From assembly GCA_002269645.1 (NCBI GenBank), contig NIVC01002432.1:62001-126000 (forward strand): a DNA stretch of 64,000 nt, given 5' to 3'. Of the stretch, positions 11,984 through 23,200 are shown piece after piece; within the stretch, counting starts at the first letter, position 1; every line of letters begins with the position of its first letter. The notes under the pieces were generated by a model. That model searched no databases, was not told the origin of the DNA, and saw only the letters and a program-made list of their open reading frames with translations. The DNA is from Macrostomum lignano. Taxonomy: Eukaryota. A program made the position numbers and the translations under genes.

Positions 11984-11998
11984 TGGCGACGAGGATGG
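11984..11998 (+). promoter_or_regulatory. Primer-binding site, complementary to tRNA-Ser(GCU) 3' end
   Basis: TGGCGACGAGGATGG lies 1 nt after the LTR. It is the reverse complement of ...CCATCCTCGTCGCCA, the metazoan tRNA-Ser(GCU) 3' end as I recall it. Confidence 0.75.
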
Positions 11999-13050
11999 CG
12001 GCTAGCATCCCTGCACCCACGCCCTTCCTGGCGAACTGCGGATCACCGACAGTACCATGGAGCCGATGGATTGAGGCCTTTGAATTTTATTACGAGGCGG
12101 CCCAATTCAAGGAGCCCGAAGGGAAGGAAGAGGCGAAACCGCTGAAGAAGAGCCTTCTGCTCCATCTGCTTGGATTCGAAGGTCAGCGGGTTGCTCGAGC
12201 ACGCCAAGCAATCAAGGAGAACGACACGTTCGCAGCAACTAAGGCGGAGCTCGAGAAGATCTTCGGCGAGAAGCCCAACGTGATGGTGGCCAGATATCGC
12301 TTCCGCCAGCGCCAGCAGCTACCCGGCGAGGACGTCAAGACCTTCGTGGCAGCCCTGAGGGAGCTGACGGAGCTGTGCAACTACGGCGCGATACAGGACG
12401 ATCTCATCAGAGACCAGCTGGCTGAGAAGACCAGTAACCCCAGAATCCGAGAGAGGCTGCTGACGGAGAAGGTGGAGGACCTCAACCTGGCGAAAGCACT
12501 CAGCATCGCGGTCTCCATCGAGGAAGCCTCCAAAGAAGCCAAGGCGATGGCGCCATCAACCTCGAGCACGGCTGCCGTCCAATCGATCCGACAGCCGAGG
12601 GGCCAGAAGGTCGCTGCAAAAGGGAGGCACCGCCCAGCACCAGCTGGCAGGACAGCCAAACCCGGCGGCGCCTGCACACGCTGTGGGCGAGACCACGGAC
12701 CGACGACCCCCTGTCCGGCCAAGGGCAAGACATGCGACGCCTGTGGCAGGAAGAACCACTTCCGGAGTTGCTGTCTCAGCAAGCAGGCTGCTGTCAATGC
12801 CGCGGACGAGGTGATCACAGTCTACGCAGTGCCAGGTGACGACAGGGAGGTCCGGGCGACGCTGGAACTCGGACCGGACAAGACCGCTGTCAGCCTGATG
12901 GTGGACTGCGGCGCAAGGGTGTCGCTGCTGTCCCGACAGACCGCCGACCGGATCTCAGGTGCAGTCACCTCTCCCTCTACGACGAAGCTGCGTGCCGACG
13001 GCGGACTGCCGATCCAGCTAAGTGGTGTCACCGAGCTGGAGGTGCGCTAA
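11995..13050 (+). CDS. Retrotransposon Gag plus N-terminal part of the aspartic protease
   Basis: Open frame MAASIPAPTPFL...WSRWIEAFE.... Knuckles CTRCGRDHGPTTPC and CDACGRKNHFRSC. Protease motif LMVDCGARVSLL. Ends at an in-frame TAA (13048-13050) inside the protease. Confidence 0.88.
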   Translation: MAASIPAPTPFLANCGSPTVPWSRWIEAFEFYYEAAQFKEPEGKEEAKPLKKSLLLHLLGFEGQRVARARQAIKENDTFAATKAELEKIFGEKPNVMVARYRFRQRQQLPGEDVKTFVAALRELTELCNYGAIQDDLIRDQLAEKTSNPRIRERLLTEKVEDLNLAKALSIAVSIEEASKEAKAMAPSTSSTAAVQSIRQPRGQKVAAKGRHRPAPAGRTAKPGGACTRCGRDHGPTTPCPAKGKTCDACGRKNHFRSCCLSKQAAVNAADEVITVYAVPGDDREVRATLELGPDKTAVSLMVDCGARVSLLSRQTADRISGAVTSPSTTKLRADGGLPIQLSGVTELEVR

Positions 13051-14116
13051 GGCGACAAGGCGATGCAGCACCGGTTCTTCGTTGCGCCAGGCGGCGACAA
13101 CATCGTCGGTAGAGACCTGATGGAGAAGCTGGGTTTCCGAGTCGACCTTAGCGGGCAGCCACCCGGAATCGCGAAATTCAGCGACCTGACGGCGGACTTG
13201 CAGGCGCGGTACCCAACGACCGTCAGCGGTGCGATAGGATGCTGCGCCGGCGCTGTACACCAGCCCAAGGTTGACCCAGCAGTGCGACCCGTCCAGCAGC
13301 CACTCTGTCGCCTGCCCCTCATGCGACAGGAGCAGGTCGATGCCGAACTCGACAAGATGGAGAAGGACGGCATCATCGAGCGAGTTCTCGGACTTCCTGG
13401 CCGAGCAGGGCATCCGGCACGTCAAGACCAGCCTCTACCATCCGCAGACCAACGGCCAGACGGAGCGTCTCAATCGGTCGCTGCTCGCCAGCATCAGAGC
13501 GGCCATGGTGGAGAACAGGCCGTTTCAAGACGCCGTGACCAACTTCTTGTCTGCCTACCGGAGCTCCAAGCACAGCCTGACGGGCAAGTCACCGGCCGAG
13601 CTCATGCTGGGTCGGAAGTGGCGCACCGCGATCACCATGCTGTCTCCCGGAGGGGGAATAACAACGACCGAGGCGACGCCTTAGGCACTGCGGCAGCAAA
13701 TCGAGGCGCGGCAGCAGCAGATCAAGGCCTACACCGATGCCAGACGAAGGGCCCGCCCCGAGACGTTCCACCCCGGCGAGTGGGTGAGAATCCGACGGCC
13801 CACCAAGAAGGGCAAGCTGGGTACCCGCCTCTCACAGCCACTCCAAGTGCTCCGCCAGGCGGGACACCACGCGTTCGAGCTCAGCGACGGCACCAGGTGG
13901 AACCAGCAGCGGCCGACCCGAACGCCGCACCCGGCGCAGCCGAGAGAGCGGTTCGACCCACTGGTGGACTCGGCGCCAACGACCGGAGCCGGCACGGCGG
14001 CACCGGCGGCACCGGCGGCGGAGCCTCCGGCAAGAACAGCAGCGCCCCGCCGATCTGAGCGAGCCAGGCACCCGCCGATACGCTACATGAACTGCCGCTG
14101 GGACCGATCAAAGTGA
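13051..14116 (+). pseudogene. Disrupted pol: protease end, RT start, deletion, integrase C-terminus
   Basis: IVGRDLM and AELDKMEKDGIIERV are fused at 13381-13386 to EFSDFL...YHPQTNGQTERLNRSL in another frame. Nonsense TAG at 13682-13684. Ends with a GPY/F-like region and RRSERARHPPIRY. Confidence 0.88.
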
Positions 14117-14140
14117 AGCTTGGGGACTGTTGGACTCCTT

Positions 14141-14155
14141 GAAGGAGGGGAAGAA
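14141..14155 (+). promoter_or_regulatory. Polypurine tract
   Basis: gaaggaggggaagaa immediately before the 3' LTR TG. Confidence 0.9.
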
Positions 14156-14404
14156 TGTTGTGTATTGCAAAGGCATGCAATGCGTAGGGATAGTTCGGGG
14201 ACAGGGTTTCTAGAAACTTCCACCGCGGACTTGTTTACGCATAGTTCCAGAAGTTTCCTTTCCCGGTCTTTCTAGAACTTTCCTTCCCCGCGTGCATAAA
14301 TATACGAGCCGCCCTCCTATTGGCCAAGCCTTCTTTTGGGCGCCACTGAGCGCCCGGATAATTATCTATCTTGTTTCTGCGTTCGTTAATTCAACAACAG
14401 AACA
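14156..14404 (+). repeat. 3' LTR (249 bp)
   Basis: Near-identical copy of 11735-11982, followed by TSD CCACC. Confidence 0.97.
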
Positions 14405-14600
14405 CCACCATCACAAGCTTGAAAAGGGTTAGGGTTAGAGCTTGTGATACGCTTGTAGTGGTTGCTAAAATTTTCGACAATGTCACTTTTCGAGGTTTTA
14501 GCTCGTAATGGTGGCCGCTAAATCAGTTTTCGACGATGTGACTTTTCGAGCTTGTGATAGTGCCCTATTTCGACGATGTGATTTTTCGAGCTTATGATGG
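14405..14600. repeat. Foldback/MITE-like inverted repeat interrupted by the LTR element (left arm starts ~11688)
   Basis: The left flank catcacaagctc...tcacatcgtcgaaaagtttgcaaccacc is the reverse complement of right-side units gcttgtagtggttgctaaaattttcgacaatgtcac and ttttcgacgatgtgatttttcgagctt. The loop contains gggttagggttag. Confidence 0.7.
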
Positions 14601-14619
14601 CGACCCGCCGAATTCCAAC

Positions 14620-15170
14620 GCGGGAGGAAGTCTCCTGGAACATAAGGTGCGCTCCAGTCGACCCACGCCCGCAACCATTGAGAATTTTGCTACCATGTGA
14701 GCTATGATTGAGGATGATGCCGGAGTTATACCGGTTGTACAGATAGAGTCTGCGCTAGGCATTATATCAGAAGGAATCCGAACGATTCTGCAGTCGAAGC
14801 TTTATCTGAGCAAGATTTCGGCTCACTGGGTACCCTATCAGCTGACCGAGGAGCAAAAACAGGCTGGGGTGACGTAGTGGATTCGATGCCAATCGATGGT
14901 GATCGCTCCAACTCGATCTGGGAAGTGGTCAGTAGCCGGAGTACTCGTACTGGGTCTACAGTTCCGACCCATTTAGCCACGGTGCCACTTGTGCAGCAGC
15001 GCAGTTGCTGGGGAGTAGTGCGTGGTACAAACTATTGCATTTCTACCACGAATGCTGAGCGCTCCCTTTCCTTGAGCTTCGTCCAAGAACTCGGAACTCG
15101 TGGCGTCCTCCATCACGAGTCTCAAGACGATTCCCCGGTTCACAAGTTCAGACTTTGAGGCTCGTCCACG
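14620..15170 (+). mobile_element. Degraded Tc1/mariner transposase remnant
   Basis: Reads ...AMIEDD...QIESALGI..GIRTILQSKLYLSKISAHWVPYQLTEEQKQ (WVPHEL linker), later YWVYSSDP (cf. TWVY.YDP) and VLHHESQDDSPVH (cf. LHDNA.PH). Contains stops and frameshifts. Confidence 0.75.
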
Positions 15171-15768
15171 CCATTCAGCAGACTATGGTCACATGGTGAG
15201 TGAGTGAGGCGCAGCCGCCACAAGAAATACTTTCAAAATTTTGATCGTGAGCACGAAATCGTGTTATGTCCAGAACGAAAACGATTACAACCCTAAACAG
15301 CATTGCATTCAGGACACGAAGAAGCAGTGGCTATTAAATACGGTCGTCACCTCAAAGAAAAAAGATGATAAACACCACAGGCAAAGACCATTATAATAAA
15401 AGGCCATAAATAAAGACTAAGGAAACTTGAAAAAGCACACACTAGGACCAAGTAATGCAGACGAAGGAATAATCGTTGTCAATTGAACTTTTAATCAGAC
15501 GCTGCACTGAAACACGAAAATAAACAATAGAGATAAAACTGAACAGTATATTTTTTATAATGAAAAAGTTTCATCTACATGTCTAACTGAATCGTAGCTA
15601 TTGTTAAAAAGTTGATGATGATTATGGACTAACTTAGGTATAAAACTAACATTTACTCAATCGAGACGCAATCAAAAGCCACAGGTTTTATTTATTTACT
15701 GGATTTAATCAAGGCAAAGTTTCGCACAAAATTAGTCAATTGAAGATTGTAACATTTAAAACAGTGAT

Positions 15769-18700
15769 TTAAGCGTCCAAATTGTGATAGTCCACACCTA
15801 GTTGCTTGTGGCCCTCTGCCAGAATGTCGTGGATCAGTTGGCACTCCTTGTGCGACAATAGCGGACTTTCTGTTAGGCCTGCGTGTGCATCAGAAATATG
15901 CGCAAATTTAGGCCTAAATCCACATTAGTAAAACAACAATTAAAAAGCGCTAAAACGCGTCTAAACTTCCCGCCAAAATTTTAACTTTTCTTTTAGGCCG
16001 AGTGCGTATTAAATTGCAAAAACGTGCTTCTCACTGGGTGCAGATCTGTCGCCAGAACTTATGATAGTGCCCTCAAAACCATTTTGCAATCTAATGACAA
16101 ACTTATCAATAGGATCGCTTACCCTTTTCCAGGCACTCTTTGACATGGTTAGCCTCGTACAGAAGGCCACCGCTTTCAAAGAAGTTGAACTTGTCGCCCT
16201 GACGAACCGGCGGTGTCGGCATGTGTATCAGCTCTCCGTTAAGAGTCAGCTTGGTGGGACACCAGAAATAGTCTTCCAGCTGTAGTAAAAGCAAGGACAA
16301 GATTGAAGTTTTTGCACTATTTTGCAGAAAGCAAAATCCGACTGAATGAAGGTACCTCTTCTGAGGCCTTGACTAGCCTAAGCATAGAGTTATTGAGATA
16401 TTAAAGAATATGCTTAATATACAGTATTCGAGGAGAATGGTTACCTTAGCGCTGCCTTTGTCACCAAGCACAAGGGCAGTGGTGGCTGGTCCACTGTCTC
16501 CACTCCAGGTCAGAGAGGCAAGACGGTTGTCGGAGTATCTACAACCAAGTTTAAATATAATAAAGATATAATAAAACAGCTTATCAAGACACTAACAAAC
16601 ATGAGCAGGTTTGGTGAAAACTTTAATAGTTTCCTGATACGTGTCCATAACTAGTATTAGCATATTACAATTAACCTACTTAATAATAATACCGCCGCTC
16701 CGGTCTACTCCAGTTTCATTAACGTGGCCGGCCACCGTCACGGACAGCGGCTTCTCCCCGCCGTACACCCAGCTGGCCAGGTGCACCAGGTACACGCCGA
16801 AGTCGCAAAGCGTCCCACCGCCAAGTTTTTTCTCTTTAAGGCGCACAACCTCGGGTACCGGCAAGCAGAAGTTGGCCTGCACGAGTCGCACGGTGCCCAA
16901 CTCGCCGTTCGTCACGGCCTGACGCAGACGCGAGTAGGCGGGAAAGAAGCGGCTCCACAGAGCCACCATGAGGAAGCGGCCGGTGGACTTGGCCAGCGCC
17001 AGCAGCTCGGCTGTCTGCTCTGGCAGCAGAGTCAGCGGCTTCTCGCACAGCACGTGCTTGCCAGACTTGAGAAAGTGGCGCGCATGCTCGAAGTGCATGT
17101 AGGTCAGACTACCGATGTAAACCACATCTGCAAAATGAGGTGACCGATTAAATGCTTTGTTTGAATTGGTTTACGCCAAAGATTGAATAATTGAATAATA
17201 ATGTGGTTTGATGAAACTTGAACGCTCAAGCCAACACCTGCGTGCGTAATGTGCATTCGAAAGTGCTAGCCAAGGACCTGTTTTTTATTTCTTACTACTT
17301 ATATCAGCTGCCTCAAACGTGAACTGTAAAGTAGAAATTGCCCAAATCACGCAGGTTCTAAGAACTACTAACATAAATAAGAGTGTATTATGATTGTTAA
17401 ATGCAAACGCAGAGGGTGCTGATTTTTTACATTTTATGATATTATTTCAGGAAAAGTAGTTACTACAACGAAAACAATAAATACAACTTTTAGTGACTAA
17501 AGATTTAATAATAGATTTTTGTTGACCTTTGTAGAGACTAAAGATTTTCGGGTACTAAACTGCAGTCGCGTTCTCGTTGCGGTTCCACCCTGCCGCTGCC
17601 TGGCGAAAGCGGCAGCGAGGGTCGGCCTCAAACTGAAGTCTTCACTATGCCGCTGGACCTACCTACCGAGATGCTGCCAGGGATGAGAGACCCAGCTTAT
17701 GCGCTGCCGGCATTTCGTGTGTACCTCGGCGGACTCGCACCGGACATCGCCAGTGACATAAAAAGGAGACGCGGGCTCGGCTCTGGAGCCCGGCTCTGGA
17801 TGACGGGATAAGCTATTTCGAGCAGTCGTCGAGACTGTTCTGCTCTACAACCTTGACGCCGAACCCTGGACACTGACGGATGCCCTGAAAAAAACAGCTG
17901 GACGCCGCGCACCCTGAGATGCTGCATTCTGCGTTCGACGTGCGCTGCGGCCCGGGCTCGAAGTCCAACGCCGAGCTCTACGCTAGGGCTCGCCTAACGC
18001 GGCCTTCTGACCTGCTGCGCGAGAGGAAGCGACTCAAGTTGGGGCTGGCCACGTCATCCACTTGCAGAGTCGCTGCCGCGAGCCGTTAGGTCTACACGAC
18101 CTGTTGTTTTGGACGGCGCAGGGTCCGACGCGCTACTCTGAGTTGCTTCTGAGGGATGCAAGAGCCCTCGTTCTGACTCTGACTGGGGGAACTGACTTTG
18201 AGAAGTGGCCGAGAGTGTGGCTGGCGAGAGGTGTATTTTGTTTTTGTTGTTGTTGTCTCTATCTTCTTGAGTCATAAGGTAAATACTCTATCCTCTGAAG
18301 TAGGATTTTTTAAATTTGAAACTTTATTAAATATTTCCTTTTCAAATTTATCACGGGGAGCTCTATAAAAGTTTAAACTGCGCTTAAACATGAAGTGAAC
18401 TTCACTTTTTACCCGCACATGGCACTTTGGGCAGGTCCTGTTCTTGTAAGGGATTTTTGGTCTCACAGTGCTCATTGTTTAGCATGCCAGTTCATGGTTG
18501 GCTAATATAAACTGTGTCAGGGTGCGATTAGACTTCGGTCCCAGGATCCCAGGTTCCAGGAAACGAAAGCCCCCAGGCCTCAGAAACGTAGAGGCAAATT
18601 AATCTGACTCTGAAAAACTCTACTCGTTTACGCTGTTTTTATTAAGTATCAACTCGGTTAAATTACATACTAGTAGCCACAGTTACGAGTTATCGGCTCA

Positions 18701-20276
18701 TATTGCTGTAAATAATAAACAATCTCTGGCCCGTCGTGCTCCGTTCCAGTTCTTTATCGCATAAGACGCCCGATTTCGGCCAGTTTAATCTGCCTGACCG
18801 TGACTGTCACTGTACTAGGGGGTAAGGCCTATATATTTACCGTGTCACACAGTCCGATCGTTTGGCGTGATAGCTCCGCGCGACTCAGTAGGCGCGCCTG
18901 CTTCTCAGGGGTTGCTTTCACAAATGTTAAATTCACAATTAGTACCCAGCTCAGAGAGAAACACAACACGAGAACAATGGAGAGGAACAACGGCCTCCAC
19001 ACGAACTTGAACGAGGGCTGTCCCAAAGGTAGTTATATTAAAAACCAAATAACATCATTTTGCACAGATTTATAGCGGCAACTCTCTTCTTTATATTATC
19101 TTTAACATCATTTAAAACAGACAATGAAAACTAAATTTATAAACTAAAATGTAGCAGGACCTCGACCATAGACTTACAGTAAGTCAACAAGTTAACAAAA
19201 TTTCGAAGTGGTAGCTCACAAACGGGTAACTGGCTGCAGTAAATGCTGCAAAATGACTGCGGTGAATGACTGCTAAGACCCATGAGCCAATGAAAGTTGA
19301 GCATGAATCTCGGCTCAACTGTGCCCCATCCCCTAAAGGGTGTATATCACACTCCTCTGAGCAACACTTGAATGAACATCCAAGACTTAAGTGCAGCAAA
19401 AGGTGGGAACAAAAAGCAATAAAGCTGAAATATTCTGTTGCTTTAAAAGCTATATGCTTCTCCAAGTTTTCCATAGATATTTTCTTTTCTTTTGTTTTTC
19501 ACAGCAGCCTAAAAAATAAGTCTGAGTGCATTCAATCAAAAGTACTTTCACTACTTTCGGCTAGCTTGTCGAATTACTGTAAGTCTACGGTCGAGGTCCT
19601 GCTACATTTTAGTTTATAACTTTTGTTTCCATTAAAGGGAACGCAAGAGCCAATGCTCAAATCAAGGCATAAAAATTCTCAGCAGGCGGAGGGGGAGGGC
19701 CGCTGCACACAAGAGGGTAAGAAAGGACACAACGCAACCCCGCTAAGCCCCCGCGAATGCACAGCACAAAAATGCAAAGCCAGACCCCTCCAGGGTACAA
19801 AAACTGGTTTTCAAGTTTCACAAGTTTTTGCACTCTATAGCTTTTAAACCACCCCTCCTAAACAGCAGCATGTGTTTCATTGGCTGTCCACTACAATTGC
19901 TGTAGTTCCTCGCCAGGCTTCATTCATTGCATTTTTTATACAGAAAGCCCAATTGACTTATGTTGTACTCCCAGACTACCAAAACCATTTCACCGCTAGC
20001 AAAAGATGCAGAAGAAAACGAGATCAACAATTAGCAGCTAGAGGGGACTAATCAAAACTAAATAAGCAGCTCACCAACATCAGTGCATGAACCAAGGGCT
20101 TCGCAGGAGTCCAGCACAGTTTTGATTCCAAATCGTGCAGCAAATTCTTTTGCCTTGTTTGGATCGCGAGCACCAATAGCAGCAATTGTATGATTTTCTG
20201 GACTCAAGCTAAGTGCATTTGCAAAGTCCTGTGAAATCAAGCCCGTGGCACAGATGCCCCAATGCAAAGGTGCCAT
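15769..20276 (-). CDS. DHDH: Dihydrodiol dehydrogenase, copy 2, 5 exons, 336 aa
   Basis: Exons 20075-20276, 16680-17127, 16445-16538, 16123-16279, 15769-15878. Exon lengths (202/448/94/157/110) and phases are identical to copy 1. All introns GT-AG, no stops. Confidence 0.92.
17560..18256 (+). mobile_element. 5'-truncated, decayed RTE-clade LINE in DHDH copy 2 intron 1
   Basis: Frameshifted peptides LAKAAARVGLKL, F.VYLGG, KLFRAVVETVLLYN, WTLTDAL..QLDAAH, SNAELYARARLTRPSDLLRER. Ends in a short (TGT)n tail. Confidence 0.8.
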
Positions 20277-23200
20277 GTTTAACTTGAGTGCATGAAGTTG
20301 AAATTAGAAGCTAAATTAATATTGCCATCAAACTAAGTAACAAGATTTATATGCAGGTCAAGTGACAATACAATTATTTGCTTAATATGAAAGGGGCACA
20401 GACAAGCTCTAAGGGCCAGGTTAGTTTTGCTTTATAGAGATTAAATTGCAATTTAAATTTAATATGAAAATAAAATCAAGAAAAACAATAAGAGCAACAT
20501 AGTATATGTCAAATAAGAAATCAGCAGTCCTAATTTTTTTATAATAGTAATAATCATATATATTAAAGTGATTTTCTTCCATAGGACTAGTATGTTCTTT
20601 ACTAATAAAGATTAAGGTACCAATATTTTAGATTTGATAAAAAAATTGACAGGTAAAGAGTTGCAGTCACTAATTTGCCTAATATAGTTAAGGTAATAAG
20701 ATTATATTAGCTAATTAAGCTTTCATTGCATACAATCATAGCACTTAATTTCAAGGGCCTATACGATTATATAAGTTAAGCATAAATATATTCCCTAAGA
20801 TAGTAAAAGAAATGATAGTCATAAAGGCAATTGGCTTCTTTATCATTTGAAATAGGTAAACTTATAAGCAAGACTATAAATAAAGTTTATAATGAACAAA
20901 TTCTAGACTGACTTTTAAATTACTACCTGATGCAACCAAAGTAACAAATAAAAAAATTATCTCTTGCCTTGTAACAATGCACTAATCTAATGTTGCTATG
21001 TCTGTTTTGGCAGTTTGCCATTGCTAATTAATAGTAGAGGCCTAGAAGATGATATATAACTAGGTGCATAGCTGAGATTCATATTAGGAAAGGGGACAAA
21101 GACAAATCCATTTCCAATGGAAGCAATAGAAGCAAAATACAAAGGCAAAAAAATTGCTTTCTAGGGAGACATGTCCCAAGTGCCCCCCCTCCTTTGGCTA
21201 TATCTTAACCCATAGGCCCAACCAAAATCTATAAAATAGATATGGCCTTGGCTTCCTAAGTGTGCACTCCTGCTTAGACTTAAATTTATAGTCTAGACTC
21301 CATTTGTAGTCTATTCTAATCCTTGAAATCATATTTGTTATTTGTGCTAAAGGTACAAGAACAAAAAGAGAACAACCAAGTAGAGCCTAGCATTTTTTAT
21401 TATAATATAAGTCCTTTAAGGCTCCTAGAGTAAAATAGCTTAGATCCATTTACTAGACCAAAGTACTAAGAAGAATAGCTAGAGACCAAGAAAGGTCTTA
21501 CAGATAACCAAAAAATTATTAGCTTGTACTATATCAAACATTAAATAATAATTTAATTAGGATTATTAGAATAATATATAGGCATAACATAGGCATAGGC
21601 ATAGCCTCATACTCTCATAGCATAGGCCTAAAATAAATAACTTTGATTCATCATAATATAGGCCTACAATTTAAAAAAACTTCCATATATTCAACCTTAT
21701 ATTAGGTTAGTTTAAAGTTAAAAAAATATATATAAAAATATAAAAAATATAAATTATATATATTTTGATACAAGATATTCTACAAGATAGCAAAAAAATA
21801 AATGTTAGGCCTATTAAACATCTAGTTTGACTAAAGTATAAAAAATATTTATTAAAAAACTATCTAATTCTCTTTTTAGGCCCTATAAAACTTCAAATAT
21901 AGTGAAACTAGACTCATTTAAAAATAAATAAACTTAAACTGAAGGAAGATAAAATAGAACCTTAAAGAATTTACATTAAAATTAAGTTTTATTTTATTGC
22001 AAGCTTTACCTTTATTCTTATCTATTAGGCCTATCATTTTCATTGCAGCAAAATATTTACTTTTGTAAATTTGTCAACCAAGTTGAGGTTGGCTGACATA
22101 ATAGGCCTAGGACAGGTCCGGTCAGTCTAGCGATCTACACCACTGTCCACACACACATTTATTTCTATTTAATAGTATTATATTACTATATGATTAGATA
22201 GTAGAATCCCTGGTAGGCCAGTGCGCTTGATTTTTCAAAAAATCAAATGGTTTTGAAGAGTTTTCAAGGTAGAATACCGGGTTTCACCCTATCCTATGCT
22301 AGGCCTACCTAATGCATGTGGAGTGGACCATGCGCTGGTCCAGACCCGGCCCATTGGCCATTGGTGCGCCATTGCTACATGGAGGACAGCTAGTAGTAGT
22401 GTTTGTGTTTTGTTTGAGACGTTTTACAAAAAGGTCAATTTGCTTATTTTTTCTCAAGTTTGCTTTAGTAAATAAAAGTTTAGCTGTTTTCATTTTTTAC
22501 CTTGATTTTTCAAATTAGTAATTTATTTGTTAATTTAGACACACCTTATCACCTGGAACAAATTTAAAATTTTACCCTGTGGGCCAATTAAACTTAATAC
22601 GTACTGATCGAGCTGCTTCTCTCATTGCGTCGCGTGTACTGCTGTGTTGGTTCGTGGCGGCTCCTATCTGTGTATGCGCACGTGTTTCTGAGCTCGTATC
22701 TGAACTATGTGGAAGATTAAAAAAATAGGCTGATCGTGTCCATGGTTCATGGAATCAAATGGTACTATTTCTATATTTTGATGCAAGTTTGTCTTCAGAC
22801 TCTAGTTACTATTTTTTAAGTGCTCATTGGTTTTTTAAAGCTTAGTAGTCGTAGACTTGTCGATTACGAAAGTTAGGCCTACCCATTCGAGTATTTGAAA
22901 TTGAGGGTCATAATTACATTACATTAATGAGTTTTGCTGTTTTGTTAGGGCCTATGACAGTCTGTTAAACCTAGCTACTGCAAAATGTTCTACTAAGCTT
23001 ATATTTTGAATTATCTTAATCTTGTAAGCTACACCAACATGTGCGCAAAACCGCCTGAGTTACAGTGGCCATGCGACTTACTTTTAGGCAAACAATTGCT
23101 TACCTATAAGAGAAACCTAAGCAAAAATTAATATTTTGAGTAAATGGCAAAGTTAGGGGGCCTACTTTGACTGTATTATTAAGACTAAACGCCTCATCAT

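Larger units (their letters stand above)
11735..14404 (+). mobile_element. Ty3/gypsy LTR retrotransposon, internally deleted (non-autonomous), 2670 bp
   Basis: TG...CA LTRs at 11735-11982 and 14156-14404. 5-bp TSD CCACC at 11730-11734 and 14405-14409. PBS, PPT, gag with two zinc knuckles, protease, RT start and integrase C-terminus. Confidence 0.96.

Noticed and set aside
13048-13050. Programmed gag-pol stop read-through at TAA
   Set aside because: The stop lies inside the protease, between the D-C-G and GRD motifs, rather than at the gag end. The element carries other lesions, so a nonsense mutation is simpler.
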